Source: an uncultured Bacteroidales bacterium (GTDB taxonomy: Bacteria; Bacteroidota; Bacteroidia; Bacteroidales; UBA932). From it: 64,000 nt of DNA. The position numbers and the translations under genes are program-made. The notes below the pieces were generated by a model. That model did no database searches. It worked only from the letters and a program-made list of their open reading frames with translations, and was not told the DNA's origin. The first letter of the stretch is position 1, and every line of letters starts with the position of its first letter. Below, piece by piece: positions 8,371-17,720 of this stretch. The stretch is from the NCBI GenBank assembly GCA_944326335.1, contig CALVDM010000011.1:1746-65745 (forward strand), given 5' to 3'.

Positions 8371-11061
8371 ATGAAGAACCTGATATCAAAAATATGGTTC
8401 CCGATTGTGCTCACGGGCATTGCCGCAGTCCAGTCCTTCGGCATCGATGCAGGACGGTACGGCAGGGTGATGCCTCGCCAGGACAATGTGGCGCAGACGG
8501 TGGATTCACTGCATGTCAGCGACACGATTGCCGACACCACCGCTGCCGACAGCATAACGGTTGCTGACAGCATAACGGTTGCTGACAGCATAGCAGCCGG
8601 AGACACGGCGGTAGCGGAAGCAATCCAGCCGCGCGACACCATAACGGTACCGGATTCCCTCAGATACACCGACACACTCAAATTCAAATATTACATCGCC
8701 CTGAAGGATTCGCTCACGAGGGCTGAAGTCAGGGATTCCCTCAGGAATGCCGGTGACACGCTCGAACTTGCAAGGCTCGATTCGCTCGTGTACAAGGACT
8801 CGACCGAAACGGCGATAAGGGATTCGCTGGCATGGTTCAACAGCCTCTCGAGGAAGGAAAGGAAAAAATACCTCGCAGAGCTGAAGTCCGCCAGACAGCT
8901 CATACTGCTGGACAGCATCCTCAACGTCAAGGACAGCATCAGGGCATACAAGGACAGCATCGTCCAGCACACCCCCAGGATACTGAGCACATACGTCCTT
9001 CCAGACTCGATGCTCTACAAGAGAATCGTCATGTGGAATCACGACAGGTATTTCAACAACATTGAGATACAGGAGATAGACACGACCTACAACCACTATT
9101 TCACCGAGTATCCGTTCCTCAGGGATGATGTCAACGCCACTTACCTCGGTGTAATAGGCTCCCCTACCGAGACATATGACTTCTTCCAGAGGAAGGAAGC
9201 CGAGAATGCGGTGTTCTACACCCCGTACATGATGTACAACTACACCCCGGAAACACTTCCGATGTACAACACGAAGACACCGTACACGGAGCTTGCGTAC
9301 TGGGGCACGCTGTTCGCCAATTCAGAAAAGGAGGAAAGCAACGTGCGTGTCATGACAACGCAGAACATACTGCCGGAGTGGAACTTCACCCTCGAATATG
9401 ACAGGTTCGGAGGGAACGGCCTCCTGCAGAACGAGGACACGGACAACAGGACGTTCGTCGCAGCCACCAACTATACCGGCAAGAGGTACTTCATGAATGC
9501 CGGGTACATCTACAACAGAATCCAGAAAAGCGAGAACGGCGGAATCATAGACAATTTCTGGATAAGGGACACAACCGTGGATGCGAGGGAAATCTCAGTA
9601 CGCCTCTCGGAAGCGAGCAACAGGATAAAGAAGAACACGATATTCCTCGACCAGTCATACAGGATTCCGTTCTCGTTCCTGTCGAAAGGCGCGAGGGAAC
9701 AGCGCAAGGCGAGAAAGGCCGAAGAGGCATACAGGGACAGCCTGATGGCTACAGGAGACAGCATAGCCATACAGGAATACCTTGCCGCCGAGGAACAGAG
9801 GCTTGCAGAAGGGCAGGCTTCGGATGCAGACAGCATAGACAACAATGTGACGACGGCTTTCATCGGGCACTGCTCGGAATATTCCGTCTACACCAAGGTC
9901 TACAGCGACGAGATTTCAGAGAGCGACACGGAAGGCAGAGAATTCTACAACAACAATTTCTACCTCGACCCGACCACAAGCAACGATTCGCTCAGGGTGA
10001 TGAAGTTCGACAACAGGGTGTTCCTGCGTCTGCAGCCATGGTCGAGCGAAGGCATTGTATCGAAACTGGATGTCGGTATAGGCGACAAGCTCCTGAACTA
10101 TCACGACTTCAACAGGATGAACTACCTCGCAGAATCCAGGCCGGTGGTGAGGAACTCGGCATACCTGTACGCCGGGGCACAGGGCCAGCTGAAGAAATAC
10201 ATGCACTGGAATGCCACGGGAAGATATACCTTCCTCGGGAGCGAGATAAATGACTTCGAGATAAAGGCGGACATGTCCCTGAACTTCTTCCCCTTCAGAA
10301 GGGCAAGGAACAGTCCTCTGAATCTGAACCTGCACTTCGAGACAAGTCTCAAGGAACCTGACTATTATCATCAGCATCTGCATACCAACCATTTCTGGTG
10401 GGACAACGATTTCGGGAAAATCTCCACGACGAAGGCCGAGGCTTCCCTCAACATTCCGGCATGGAATTTGAGTGCCTTCTTCGGATATGCGTTGCTGAGC
10501 AACAACATATATTACGATAACCACGGATCAATACAGCAAAACGAAGTACCGATGAGCGTCATGACAGCATCTGTCATGAAGAATTTCAGGCTTTGGAATT
10601 TCCACTTTGACCACCGGGCTCTTTTCCAGCTGTCCTCCAACCAGGATGTACTGCCGCTCCCGATGCTCGCATTGAACTTCAGATACTATTTCCAGTTCAA
10701 TGTGGTGAGGGATGTGATGCAGATGCAGGTCGGGGCGAATGCCACATATACGACAAAATGGCATGCCCCGGCATACAATCCTGTCCTCGGTGTCTTCCAC
10801 ACCCAGAATGAGGAACAATACGGAAACTGCCCGTACATAGATGTCTTTGTGAACATCCAGTGGAAGAGGGCCTGCATCTTTGTAAAGGCTGTGAACCTCG
10901 GAATGGGATGGCCGAACAAATCCGCCGACTATTTCAGTGCACACCATTACATAAGACCTCAGCAGGCATTCAAGGTAGGGATTTTCTGGCCGTTTTATGT
11001 ACAACCTAAGAGAGTCTCCAATTTCGGAGGCGGAAAAGAGTTGGGAAACTCAAACGAATAG
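8371..11061 (+). CDS. putative outer-membrane beta-barrel (Bacteroidota putative porin family)
   Basis: Signal peptide; YNTKTPYTELAY, SENGGI; amphipathic beta-strand C-terminal half ending in FKVGIFWPF. Confidence 0.75.
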   Translation: MKNLISKIWFPIVLTGIAAVQSFGIDAGRYGRVMPRQDNVAQTVDSLHVSDTIADTTAADSITVADSITVADSIAAGDTAVAEAIQPRDTITVPDSLRYTDTLKFKYYIALKDSLTRAEVRDSLRNAGDTLELARLDSLVYKDSTETAIRDSLAWFNSLSRKERKKYLAELKSARQLILLDSILNVKDSIRAYKDSIVQHTPRILSTYVLPDSMLYKRIVMWNHDRYFNNIEIQEIDTTYNHYFTEYPFLRDDVNATYLGVIGSPTETYDFFQRKEAENAVFYTPYMMYNYTPETLPMYNTKTPYTELAYWGTLFANSEKEESNVRVMTTQNILPEWNFTLEYDRFGGNGLLQNEDTDNRTFVAATNYTGKRYFMNAGYIYNRIQKSENGGIIDNFWIRDTTVDAREISVRLSEASNRIKKNTIFLDQSYRIPFSFLSKGAREQRKARKAEEAYRDSLMATGDSIAIQEYLAAEEQRLAEGQASDADSIDNNVTTAFIGHCSEYSVYTKVYSDEISESDTEGREFYNNNFYLDPTTSNDSLRVMKFDNRVFLRLQPWSSEGIVSKLDVGIGDKLLNYHDFNRMNYLAESRPVVRNSAYLYAGAQGQLKKYMHWNATGRYTFLGSEINDFEIKADMSLNFFPFRRARNSPLNLNLHFETSLKEPDYYHQHLHTNHFWWDNDFGKISTTKAEASLNIPAWNLSAFFGYALLSNNIYYDNHGSIQQNEVPMSVMTASVMKNFRLWNFHFDHRALFQLSSNQDVLPLPMLALNFRYYFQFNVVRDVMQMQVGANATYTTKWHAPAYNPVLGVFHTQNEEQYGNCPYIDVFVNIQWKRACIFVKAVNLGMGWPNKSADYFSAHHYIRPQQAFKVGIFWPFYVQPKRVSNFGGGKELGNSNE
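8548..8592 (+). repeat. in-frame 18-bp tandem repeat (2.5 copies, DSITVA)
   Basis: GACAGCATAACGGTTGCT twice, then GACAGCATA. Confidence 0.9.
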
Positions 11062-11070
11062 GAGGTAATT

Positions 11071-12141
11071 ATGAAAATTACGGAAAAGACACGCTCAACA
11101 TTGAGGTATTGTGCCGCATTCGTGCTGATCTTCGGGTCTGTCACAATCGGCGAAAGGACAAACGCCGTGGACAGCGTGAATCCTTATGAAACATTCGGCG
11201 GTGACACACTCAGGTGCGTCATCGGCACCGGAGACGAAAACTATGGAAGGAACGGGTTCAGGACTGGTTTCAGCTACGACCTGCTCCGGAAGTTCGGCAG
11301 CCACGTCGGAGCGGAGGTGAAAATTTCGCTTGCGGACGACAGCTGCGACTATGTCGACTCCCTGCGTTCCGGGAAGGTGGATATCCTCGTGCTGCCCGAC
11401 ACTTGCAGACGTTGCGCCGAGGGCGTCATCATCTCGAGGAAACTCGACAGTTCCGTGTGGGCGATAAACAGTGAAGACATCACCAAAATCAAGGAGATTA
11501 ACACGTGGATAGCCACATACACGGAGACAGGCGACTACAGGCAGACATGGACAAAATACCACAAGGCCATCAACCCCATGTCGAAATTCGACAGGGGGCT
11601 AATATCCTCCAAAATCAGCCCTTACGACAAGCTGATTAAGAAATATGCCGGAGAGCTCGGATGGGACTGGAGGATGCTTGCAGCCGTGATATACCAGGAG
11701 TCGAAATTCTCGATAAACACAGTGTCGCACAGAGGTGCCACGGGACTCATGCAGGTGATGCCGGCCACGGCCAGCTACTACGGGATAACCGACCTGCTCG
11801 ACCCTGAGGAGAACATAAAGGCCGGCACCATGCATCTTGCCCGTCTGCAGAAGATGTACGGAGACTCGGGCATGACCGATGCAGAACGTTTCAAGTTCGT
11901 GCTCGCATCATACAATGCAGGCGAAGGAAGGATTGCGGACTGCAGAAGGCTTGCGGAAGCGAGGAATCTCGACAACACGAGATGGGACGACATCCTCAAG
12001 GTAATCCCGTCCATGAGAGACGAGGCCACGCTCCGGGAGACTTATCTGAAATTCGGCAAGTTCAACGGGACCGAGACTGTCAACTACGTCGAGAACATCC
12101 TGAACATATACGCGGCTTTCTGCGAAATCTGTCCGGCTTAA
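11071..12141 (+). CDS. MltF-like lytic transglycosylase (partial SBP domain + SLT domain)
   Basis: WDWRMLAAVIYQESKF, GATGLMQVMP, ASYNAGEG, ETVNYV. Confidence 0.88.
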   Translation: MKITEKTRSTLRYCAAFVLIFGSVTIGERTNAVDSVNPYETFGGDTLRCVIGTGDENYGRNGFRTGFSYDLLRKFGSHVGAEVKISLADDSCDYVDSLRSGKVDILVLPDTCRRCAEGVIISRKLDSSVWAINSEDITKIKEINTWIATYTETGDYRQTWTKYHKAINPMSKFDRGLISSKISPYDKLIKKYAGELGWDWRMLAAVIYQESKFSINTVSHRGATGLMQVMPATASYYGITDLLDPEENIKAGTMHLARLQKMYGDSGMTDAERFKFVLASYNAGEGRIADCRRLAEARNLDNTRWDDILKVIPSMRDEATLRETYLKFGKFNGTETVNYVENILNIYAAFCEICPA

Positions 12142-13310
12142 CCCATCCGTACAGTCTTCGCAGGGTCCACCCGCGATATGAACAATGAAGGCAGCAGAAG
12201 CAGCAGCATTATCAGCAGATATGAAGCGGCATCTGCTGCTATTATTTTCCATATCTCCAGATGCACCGGCACATAAGATATGAAATAGTTCTCAGGGTCG
12301 AGAGAGACAGCATGCGTCGCATCCTGGAGCACGCAGAGCAATATCGCTGCAAAATTTCCTGCAAGCATACCCTTCAGGACAATGGATGACGCGGACCTCA
12401 GGAAAATTTTCGCTATGGCGGAATCCGTCATCCCGAGCGACTTCAATATCCCTATGGTAGGGATGTTTTCGAACAGCATTATGAGCAGGCCGGAAATCAT
12501 GTTGAAACCGGCCACTACCGTCATCAGGGCAAGGATGACGTAAACATTGAAATCAATCAGCGAAAGCCAGTCGAACAGCTGAGGATTGTATTCTGCGGCA
12601 GAGACGCTCACCACAGGCTCATCGTCTTCAGAGGAATACAACAGGGCGGCTGCCCCTATTTCCCTTGAAACATCCTCCATGGCTGCGACAGAGCGGTAGT
12701 TATGCCCGAGTTTCACCTCGAAGGAGGACACCTGCCCGCTGTCCCAGCCGTTCACCCGCTGTATGTCTGAAAGCCTGGCATGGACCACAAGCCTGTCATC
12801 AGCTTCCGCCACATCTTCATGCACGGCAACTGTCCTGAACTTCCGGACCTTCACCCTTTCACCCACGAAATATGCGTTGAAATCATCTCCAGGCCCGATT
12901 CCCAAAAGGTCCGACAAACGTGAAGGTATGCTTACGGCAAGTGCGGTCGAATCCGGGAAACCGCTGTCCTCAATACCCTTGAAGAGCACGCCGTGCACGA
13001 TGTCGTCCTTCTTGACGATTCCTGCGCGATAGACTGCCGGGGAGACGGACACGACTCCCGGAATCGAATCTATATGAGGAAGATATGCCGGATTGCCGGA
13101 TATGGGGGTATTCCCTGACAGCCAGTCGAGATTCGAAGGTATGAGCTGGACATCTCCCGTCGTCGAGGTGACGGCATCCCGCAATTCCTTGCGGAAACCG
13201 GAAGACACCGCCACGGCTATTATCATGACAAGAAAGCTGAGCGCAACGGATGACCTGGCTATCCATCCCTTGAAACTCAGCTTTCCGGAAATGAAACGGG
13301 TGACGCCCAT
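12138..13310 (-). CDS. ABC transporter permease, LolC/E (FtsX) family
   Basis: N-terminal TM, periplasmic domain, VAGFNMISGLLIM, IGILKSLG, three C-terminal TMs. Confidence 0.88.
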   Translation of the reverse strand: MGVTRFISGKLSFKGWIARSSVALSFLVMIIAVAVSSGFRKELRDAVTSTTGDVQLIPSNLDWLSGNTPISGNPAYLPHIDSIPGVVSVSPAVYRAGIVKKDDIVHGVLFKGIEDSGFPDSTALAVSIPSRLSDLLGIGPGDDFNAYFVGERVKVRKFRTVAVHEDVAEADDRLVVHARLSDIQRVNGWDSGQVSSFEVKLGHNYRSVAAMEDVSREIGAAALLYSSEDDEPVVSVSAAEYNPQLFDWLSLIDFNVYVILALMTVVAGFNMISGLLIMLFENIPTIGILKSLGMTDSAIAKIFLRSASSIVLKGMLAGNFAAILLCVLQDATHAVSLDPENYFISYVPVHLEIWKIIAADAASYLLIMLLLLLPSLFISRVDPAKTVRMG

Positions 13311-13320
13311 AGAAAGGATT

Positions 13321-15333
13321 TTACCAGATTACCACCCTCTCCTCTTCAGGACGGTACATCTTGTCGCCTTCAGCTATCCCGAAGGCATCGAAGAATGTCT
13401 GAAGGTTCCGGAGCGTGACGTTGACCCTGTTCTCTCCGAGGGAGTGCACATCGAGCTTAGTCAGGCGTGCCTTCTCCTCATCCGTGAGATTCATCGCCCA
13501 GATGGTGGCGTACGAGATGTAGAACCGCTGCCCCGGGGTGAAGCCGTCAATGTCTGCAGGCCTCGAGCCGTTGAACGAATTCTGCAGTGCAGTATATGCC
13601 ACCCTGAGGCCTCCCTGGTCTGCGATATTCTCTCCGAGACAGAGGGCTCCGTTCGCCCTGACTCCAGGAAGCACATAAACCGAGTCGAACTGTGCCACAA
13701 GCACATCAGTCATCTTCCTGAATGCTTCCTCGTCTTCCGGCCTCCACCAGTCGGTCATGTTGCCGTCCTTGTCGAAGTGGCGGCCCTGGTCATCGAACCC
13801 GTGCGTCATCTCGTGGCTTATGACAACGCCGATGGCACCGTAATTCACCGCATCGTCAGCTTCCGGATTGAAGAAAGGAGGCTGGAGTATCGCGGCAGGG
13901 AAACATATCTCGTTTGTAGTCGGATTGTAGTATGCGTTCACAGTCTGTGGGCTCATGAGCCATTCGGTCTTGTCCACAGGCTTGCCGACCCTCGAATAGT
14001 TGTCCGCCATCTCCCATTTCCTGATATTCTTCACGTTCTCCATGTAGCTCAGGGTAGGGTTGATGATGAGGGTGGAATAGTCCTTCCACTTGTCCGGAAA
14101 GCCCACCTTGACCGTTATGGCTTCAAGTTTCTCCTTCGCTACGATTTTTGTGGAGTCAGACATCCATGCGAGGGAATCGATATGCTCTCCGAGAGCGGAG
14201 CGTATGTCGGCTATCATCTTCAGCATCGCGTCCTTGGACTCCTGAGGGAAATATGCCTGCACGTATAGTTTCCCGACAGCTTCCGGAAGCAGGGTGCTTG
14301 CAGCGTCGAGAGAACGTTTCCATCTCGGCTGCTTCTCCTTCACCCCTGCCATGGTCTTCCTGAAGAAATCGAAATATGCGTCATAATAGTCTTCCCCGAG
14401 GACAGTGCAGTAGTCGGAAATGAACTGCGCCGCAAGGTACTTCTTCAGTTTCCCGAGGTCTGCAGATGTCAGGAGGGAATCAAGTGCGGCAAAGTACGAC
14501 GGCTGGCTCACGATTATCTTGTCCGGCTCGTCCATGCCGACAGTCCGGAACCACGCTCCGAAATCGAAACCCGAATATGTGCTTTTCAGGTCCTTGGCGG
14601 AAGTCGGGTTGTAGGACTTCTGCACATCCCTGCACTCCACGCTCGACCATGATATCGCGGCGATGGCATCCTCTATCTCAAGGACATCGGCAGCCGACGA
14701 ATCAGGATTCTCGACACCGCTCAGACCGAACACCCTGGCGAGATATTTCCTGTATCCTTCCTTTATGGAAGCGTTGGCTGTGTCCAGATAGTAGTCCCTG
14801 TCCCCCATTCCGAGACCGGACTGGGAAAGATAGAGCACGTTCATGTCGCTGTCCGTCATGTCTGCTGTCACGTATGCAGAGAAGAACGGGAAGCATGCAG
14901 TCTGGTGAAGTCTCGCCACAGCTTCTGCAAACGAACGGCTGTCGGATATGGCAGAGATGTCCTCGAGCCCCTTCAGGAGAGGAGAGGAACCTTCTGCCGC
15001 CAGCCTCGTGGAGTCAAGCCCCAGCTTGTAGAGGTCGTCTATCTTCTGTGCTTCGCTCCCGGGCACAGGATTGGAGGCTGCAAGAGCCTCGAAAAGTTCC
15101 CTGAGCCGCGTCTCGTTGTTCTCGGTGAGGACATTCATCGTCCCGTAGCGGGAATATTCCGGTTTGAGGGGATGAGACTTCATCCAGCCTCCTGTAGCGT
15201 ATCTGTAAAAATCATCCCCGGGGGCGACTGTCAGGTCAAGGTTTGACAGGTCCAGAGCTGATTTTGCCGTTTCCTTTTCCTTACACGACAATGTAGCAAG
15301 CAATGCAAGCATAATGCATATTACTCTATTCAT
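13321..15333 (-). CDS. M13 family metalloendopeptidase (PepO-like), lipoprotein
   Basis: TLSC lipobox; VNAYY, HEMTHGFD, GENIADQGG; start trimmed to ATG 15333. Confidence 0.95.
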   Translation of the reverse strand: MNRVICIMLALLATLSCKEKETAKSALDLSNLDLTVAPGDDFYRYATGGWMKSHPLKPEYSRYGTMNVLTENNETRLRELFEALAASNPVPGSEAQKIDDLYKLGLDSTRLAAEGSSPLLKGLEDISAISDSRSFAEAVARLHQTACFPFFSAYVTADMTDSDMNVLYLSQSGLGMGDRDYYLDTANASIKEGYRKYLARVFGLSGVENPDSSAADVLEIEDAIAAISWSSVECRDVQKSYNPTSAKDLKSTYSGFDFGAWFRTVGMDEPDKIIVSQPSYFAALDSLLTSADLGKLKKYLAAQFISDYCTVLGEDYYDAYFDFFRKTMAGVKEKQPRWKRSLDAASTLLPEAVGKLYVQAYFPQESKDAMLKMIADIRSALGEHIDSLAWMSDSTKIVAKEKLEAITVKVGFPDKWKDYSTLIINPTLSYMENVKNIRKWEMADNYSRVGKPVDKTEWLMSPQTVNAYYNPTTNEICFPAAILQPPFFNPEADDAVNYGAIGVVISHEMTHGFDDQGRHFDKDGNMTDWWRPEDEEAFRKMTDVLVAQFDSVYVLPGVRANGALCLGENIADQGGLRVAYTALQNSFNGSRPADIDGFTPGQRFYISYATIWAMNLTDEEKARLTKLDVHSLGENRVNVTLRNLQTFFDAFGIAEGDKMYRPEEERVVIW

Positions 15334-15540
15334 AATGTAAAATTTGATACAATCATACAAAGATACTGATTATTTGGATAGCTGCTAATGATATGCCTTT
15401 ATTTTAGCAATATTTTAAACATGGCGGGATAGGGGATTTGCATTGCTCTCGGCTTTTGCGTTATTTGTCCGCTGCGCGCCCATTTATAGCTTCCGTTCGG
15501 CAAATCTAAAGTAAACTTTGCTTTGCCCTCACTTATTCGC

Positions 15541-15548
15541 TATATTTG
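15541..15548 (+). promoter_or_regulatory. -7 promoter box preceded by a hairpin (15499-15527)
   Basis: TATATTTG ~30 nt before ATG 15578. Confidence 0.55.
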
Positions 15549-15577
15549 CGATCTTTCTGAAACAGGAGAATACTGGC

Positions 15578-16543
15578 ATGAACGCAAGCGACATAACAGG
15601 AAAGACCATACGGTTCCTCAAGAACTGGACTCTTCCCGTGGCAATCGCCGCAGGAATCCTCTCATACCTCATATATGACAGCATACCGTCGGTTTCATTC
15701 GCCGGCCCGTACCTCGAGAAGACGATAGGAGTCCTCCAGCCCCTGCTTCTCTTCATGATGCTCTTCCTGTCGTTCTGCAGGATAGAGCCCAGGGACCTCA
15801 GGCCAAGGAAGTGGCATGTATGGCTGCTGCTGTTCCAGACCGTCGGATTCGTGGCACTTGCTGCGGTCATGATTTTCCTCCCGGACTTCGAATGGAAAGT
15901 CCTTGTGGAAGGCGCCATGCTGTGCCTTATATGCCCTACGGCCACCGCGGCTGCAGTGGTAACGGGAAAACTCGGAGGTGACATGCCCGGGCTCACTGCA
16001 TATACGGTCATCATAAACCTTGCAACGGCAGTGCTCGTGCCGGTATTCATACCCTTCGTTCACCCTGCCGGGGACATCTCCTTCTTTGCCGCCTTCAGCA
16101 TGATTCTGGCGAAGGTATTCCCTCTGCTCATTGTCCCTTGCCTGCTTGCCTTCCTCGTGAGATACCTTACTCCGGGGTTTCATGCATGGCTCCTGCAGTT
16201 CAACAACCTCGCTTTCTACATGTGGGGAGTGTCACTTATGCTTGCGATAGCCATGACCACGAGGTCCATTGTCCACAGCACCACACCTGTGGCGTACCAG
16301 GCAGGGCTTGCGGCCATATCATTATTCTGCTGCGCAATCCAGTTCTGGGCAGGAAAGAAAATCGGAAAGAGATACGGCGCCTCCATAACCGCCGGACAGG
16401 CCCTCGGACAGAAGAACACGGTATTCGCAATCTGGATGGGCTACACGTTCATGACGCCCGTGACATCGATAGCGGGTGGGTTCTACTGCATCTGGCACAA
16501 CGTATTCAATTCATATCAGCTTTACAAGGCAAGGAAAAAGTGA
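15578..16543 (+). CDS. bile acid:sodium symporter family transporter
   Basis: About 9-10 TMs; CPTATAAAVVTGKLGG and GQALGQKNT motifs. Confidence 0.85.
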   Translation: MNASDITGKTIRFLKNWTLPVAIAAGILSYLIYDSIPSVSFAGPYLEKTIGVLQPLLLFMMLFLSFCRIEPRDLRPRKWHVWLLLFQTVGFVALAAVMIFLPDFEWKVLVEGAMLCLICPTATAAAVVTGKLGGDMPGLTAYTVIINLATAVLVPVFIPFVHPAGDISFFAAFSMILAKVFPLLIVPCLLAFLVRYLTPGFHAWLLQFNNLAFYMWGVSLMLAIAMTTRSIVHSTTPVAYQAGLAAISLFCCAIQFWAGKKIGKRYGASITAGQALGQKNTVFAIWMGYTFMTPVTSIAGGFYCIWHNVFNSYQLYKARKK

Positions 16544-16549
16544 CTCCGC

Positions 16550-17479
16550 TCAGGACTTGAGGAAATCGAGTCTTGCCTGTGCAGCGGCCTTCTCGTCTTC
16601 AGGGGCCACATCCACGAACTTTTCGAGATACTTCTTCTCGAGTTTCCTGTCTTTCTTCTGGCGGGCGAGCAGCACGCAGTTCTTCAGAGCGGTATAGTCG
16701 TCTGGACTGATTTTCAACGCCTTCCTGTAATACTTCAGAGCTTTGTCATATTCCTTCGAGACAACAAGGAAGTAGGAGCCGATGTTTGTCATGAAGACAG
16801 GATTGTCCGGGTTGTCTATGAGCATCCGCTCTGAAAGTGTACGGAAGGCTTCATAGGAAGACCTGGTCCCGAGGTTGAAGAACGCGAAGCAGAACTCCTG
16901 CATGGAGCGGGCAAAAAAATCATCGCCGAGTTCATAGCCAGGATATTCCCACGCCACATCCTTCCCGGCATCCTTGTCCACAAGTCCGAGAAGATACGAG
17001 AGAGCCATATCGGGGCTGTCCTTCTCATAGGACATCAGGGCGGTCGCCTTCGTGAAACAGAAATCGAGCCTTGCCGGATGTCCGGCTATAGCCCTGTCAA
17101 GATAGCTCATGGCCCTGGAGAAGAGGGAATCGTCGTAAGACACCTCCTGGAAATAGTAGACTTCCGTCCCGGTTGAATCCTTCAGAGAAAGCACAGGCTC
17201 TGTACCGAGATATTTCTTCTGCGGCTTGACCACGACTGAAGTCGTCTGGGCCTTCGTGAAATAATAGTTGAATCCTGCAAGGAGCATCTTGGCATCGTTG
17301 GAGTCCACCTGCTCCCACTGGTTCAGGACAGTTTCCACCCCGACCCCGTCATAACCGAGTTTCGAGACTATGAGGTCATACCTGTCGGAATAAGTCTTCT
17401 TCAGTTCCTCCTTGCTCTGTGCCGCAGCCACTGTCCCGAGGCATGCGCAGAGCGATACTGCAAACAAAAACCTTTTCAT
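16550..17479 (-). CDS. secreted tetratricopeptide-repeat protein
   Basis: Signal peptide; TPR-like segment (YDKALKYYRKALKISPDD). Confidence 0.75.
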   Translation of the reverse strand: MKRFLFAVSLCACLGTVAAAQSKEELKKTYSDRYDLIVSKLGYDGVGVETVLNQWEQVDSNDAKMLLAGFNYYFTKAQTTSVVVKPQKKYLGTEPVLSLKDSTGTEVYYFQEVSYDDSLFSRAMSYLDRAIAGHPARLDFCFTKATALMSYEKDSPDMALSYLLGLVDKDAGKDVAWEYPGYELGDDFFARSMQEFCFAFFNLGTRSSYEAFRTLSERMLIDNPDNPVFMTNIGSYFLVVSKEYDKALKYYRKALKISPDDYTALKNCVLLARQKKDRKLEKKYLEKFVDVAPEDEKAAAQARLDFLKS

Positions 17480-17487
17480 ATCTTCCT

Positions 17488-17720
17488 TAACGTCAGTTCG
17501 ACGAATTTATGTTGTTCAGGACCAGGAAATTCGTCGAACAGCCGTTATGGATTTCCTTGAAATCCAGATTTCTTAAACCCCGGTCGCTGTGGCGACAGCC
17601 CCTTTTCAAGGGGCGCCACCCCCATTCGCCCCCTCGCCGGGGGCTCGTCGCAGAACCTGCGTTCTGCTCCTCAGCGGAAGTTCGATGATTTTCAATAAAT
17701 TAAAATTCATCGAACTCGCA
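17488..17720. repeat. mosaic of inverted repeats (MITE/REP-like or structured RNA)
   Basis: Two long hairpins with AGTTCGA(C/T)GA arms flank five short perfect hairpins. Confidence 0.7.

Noticed and set aside
13093-14268. 391-aa + strand ORF, and similar long antisense ORFs (29485-30600, 33767-34750, 39867-40964, 56751-57803)
   Set aside because: They lie antisense to clearly identified genes, carry no motifs, and are expected shadows of biased codon usage
17488-17720. Possible CRISPR array or tRNA in the hairpin cluster
   Set aside because: The repeats are inverted rather than direct with spacers, no cas genes are present, and there is no cloverleaf
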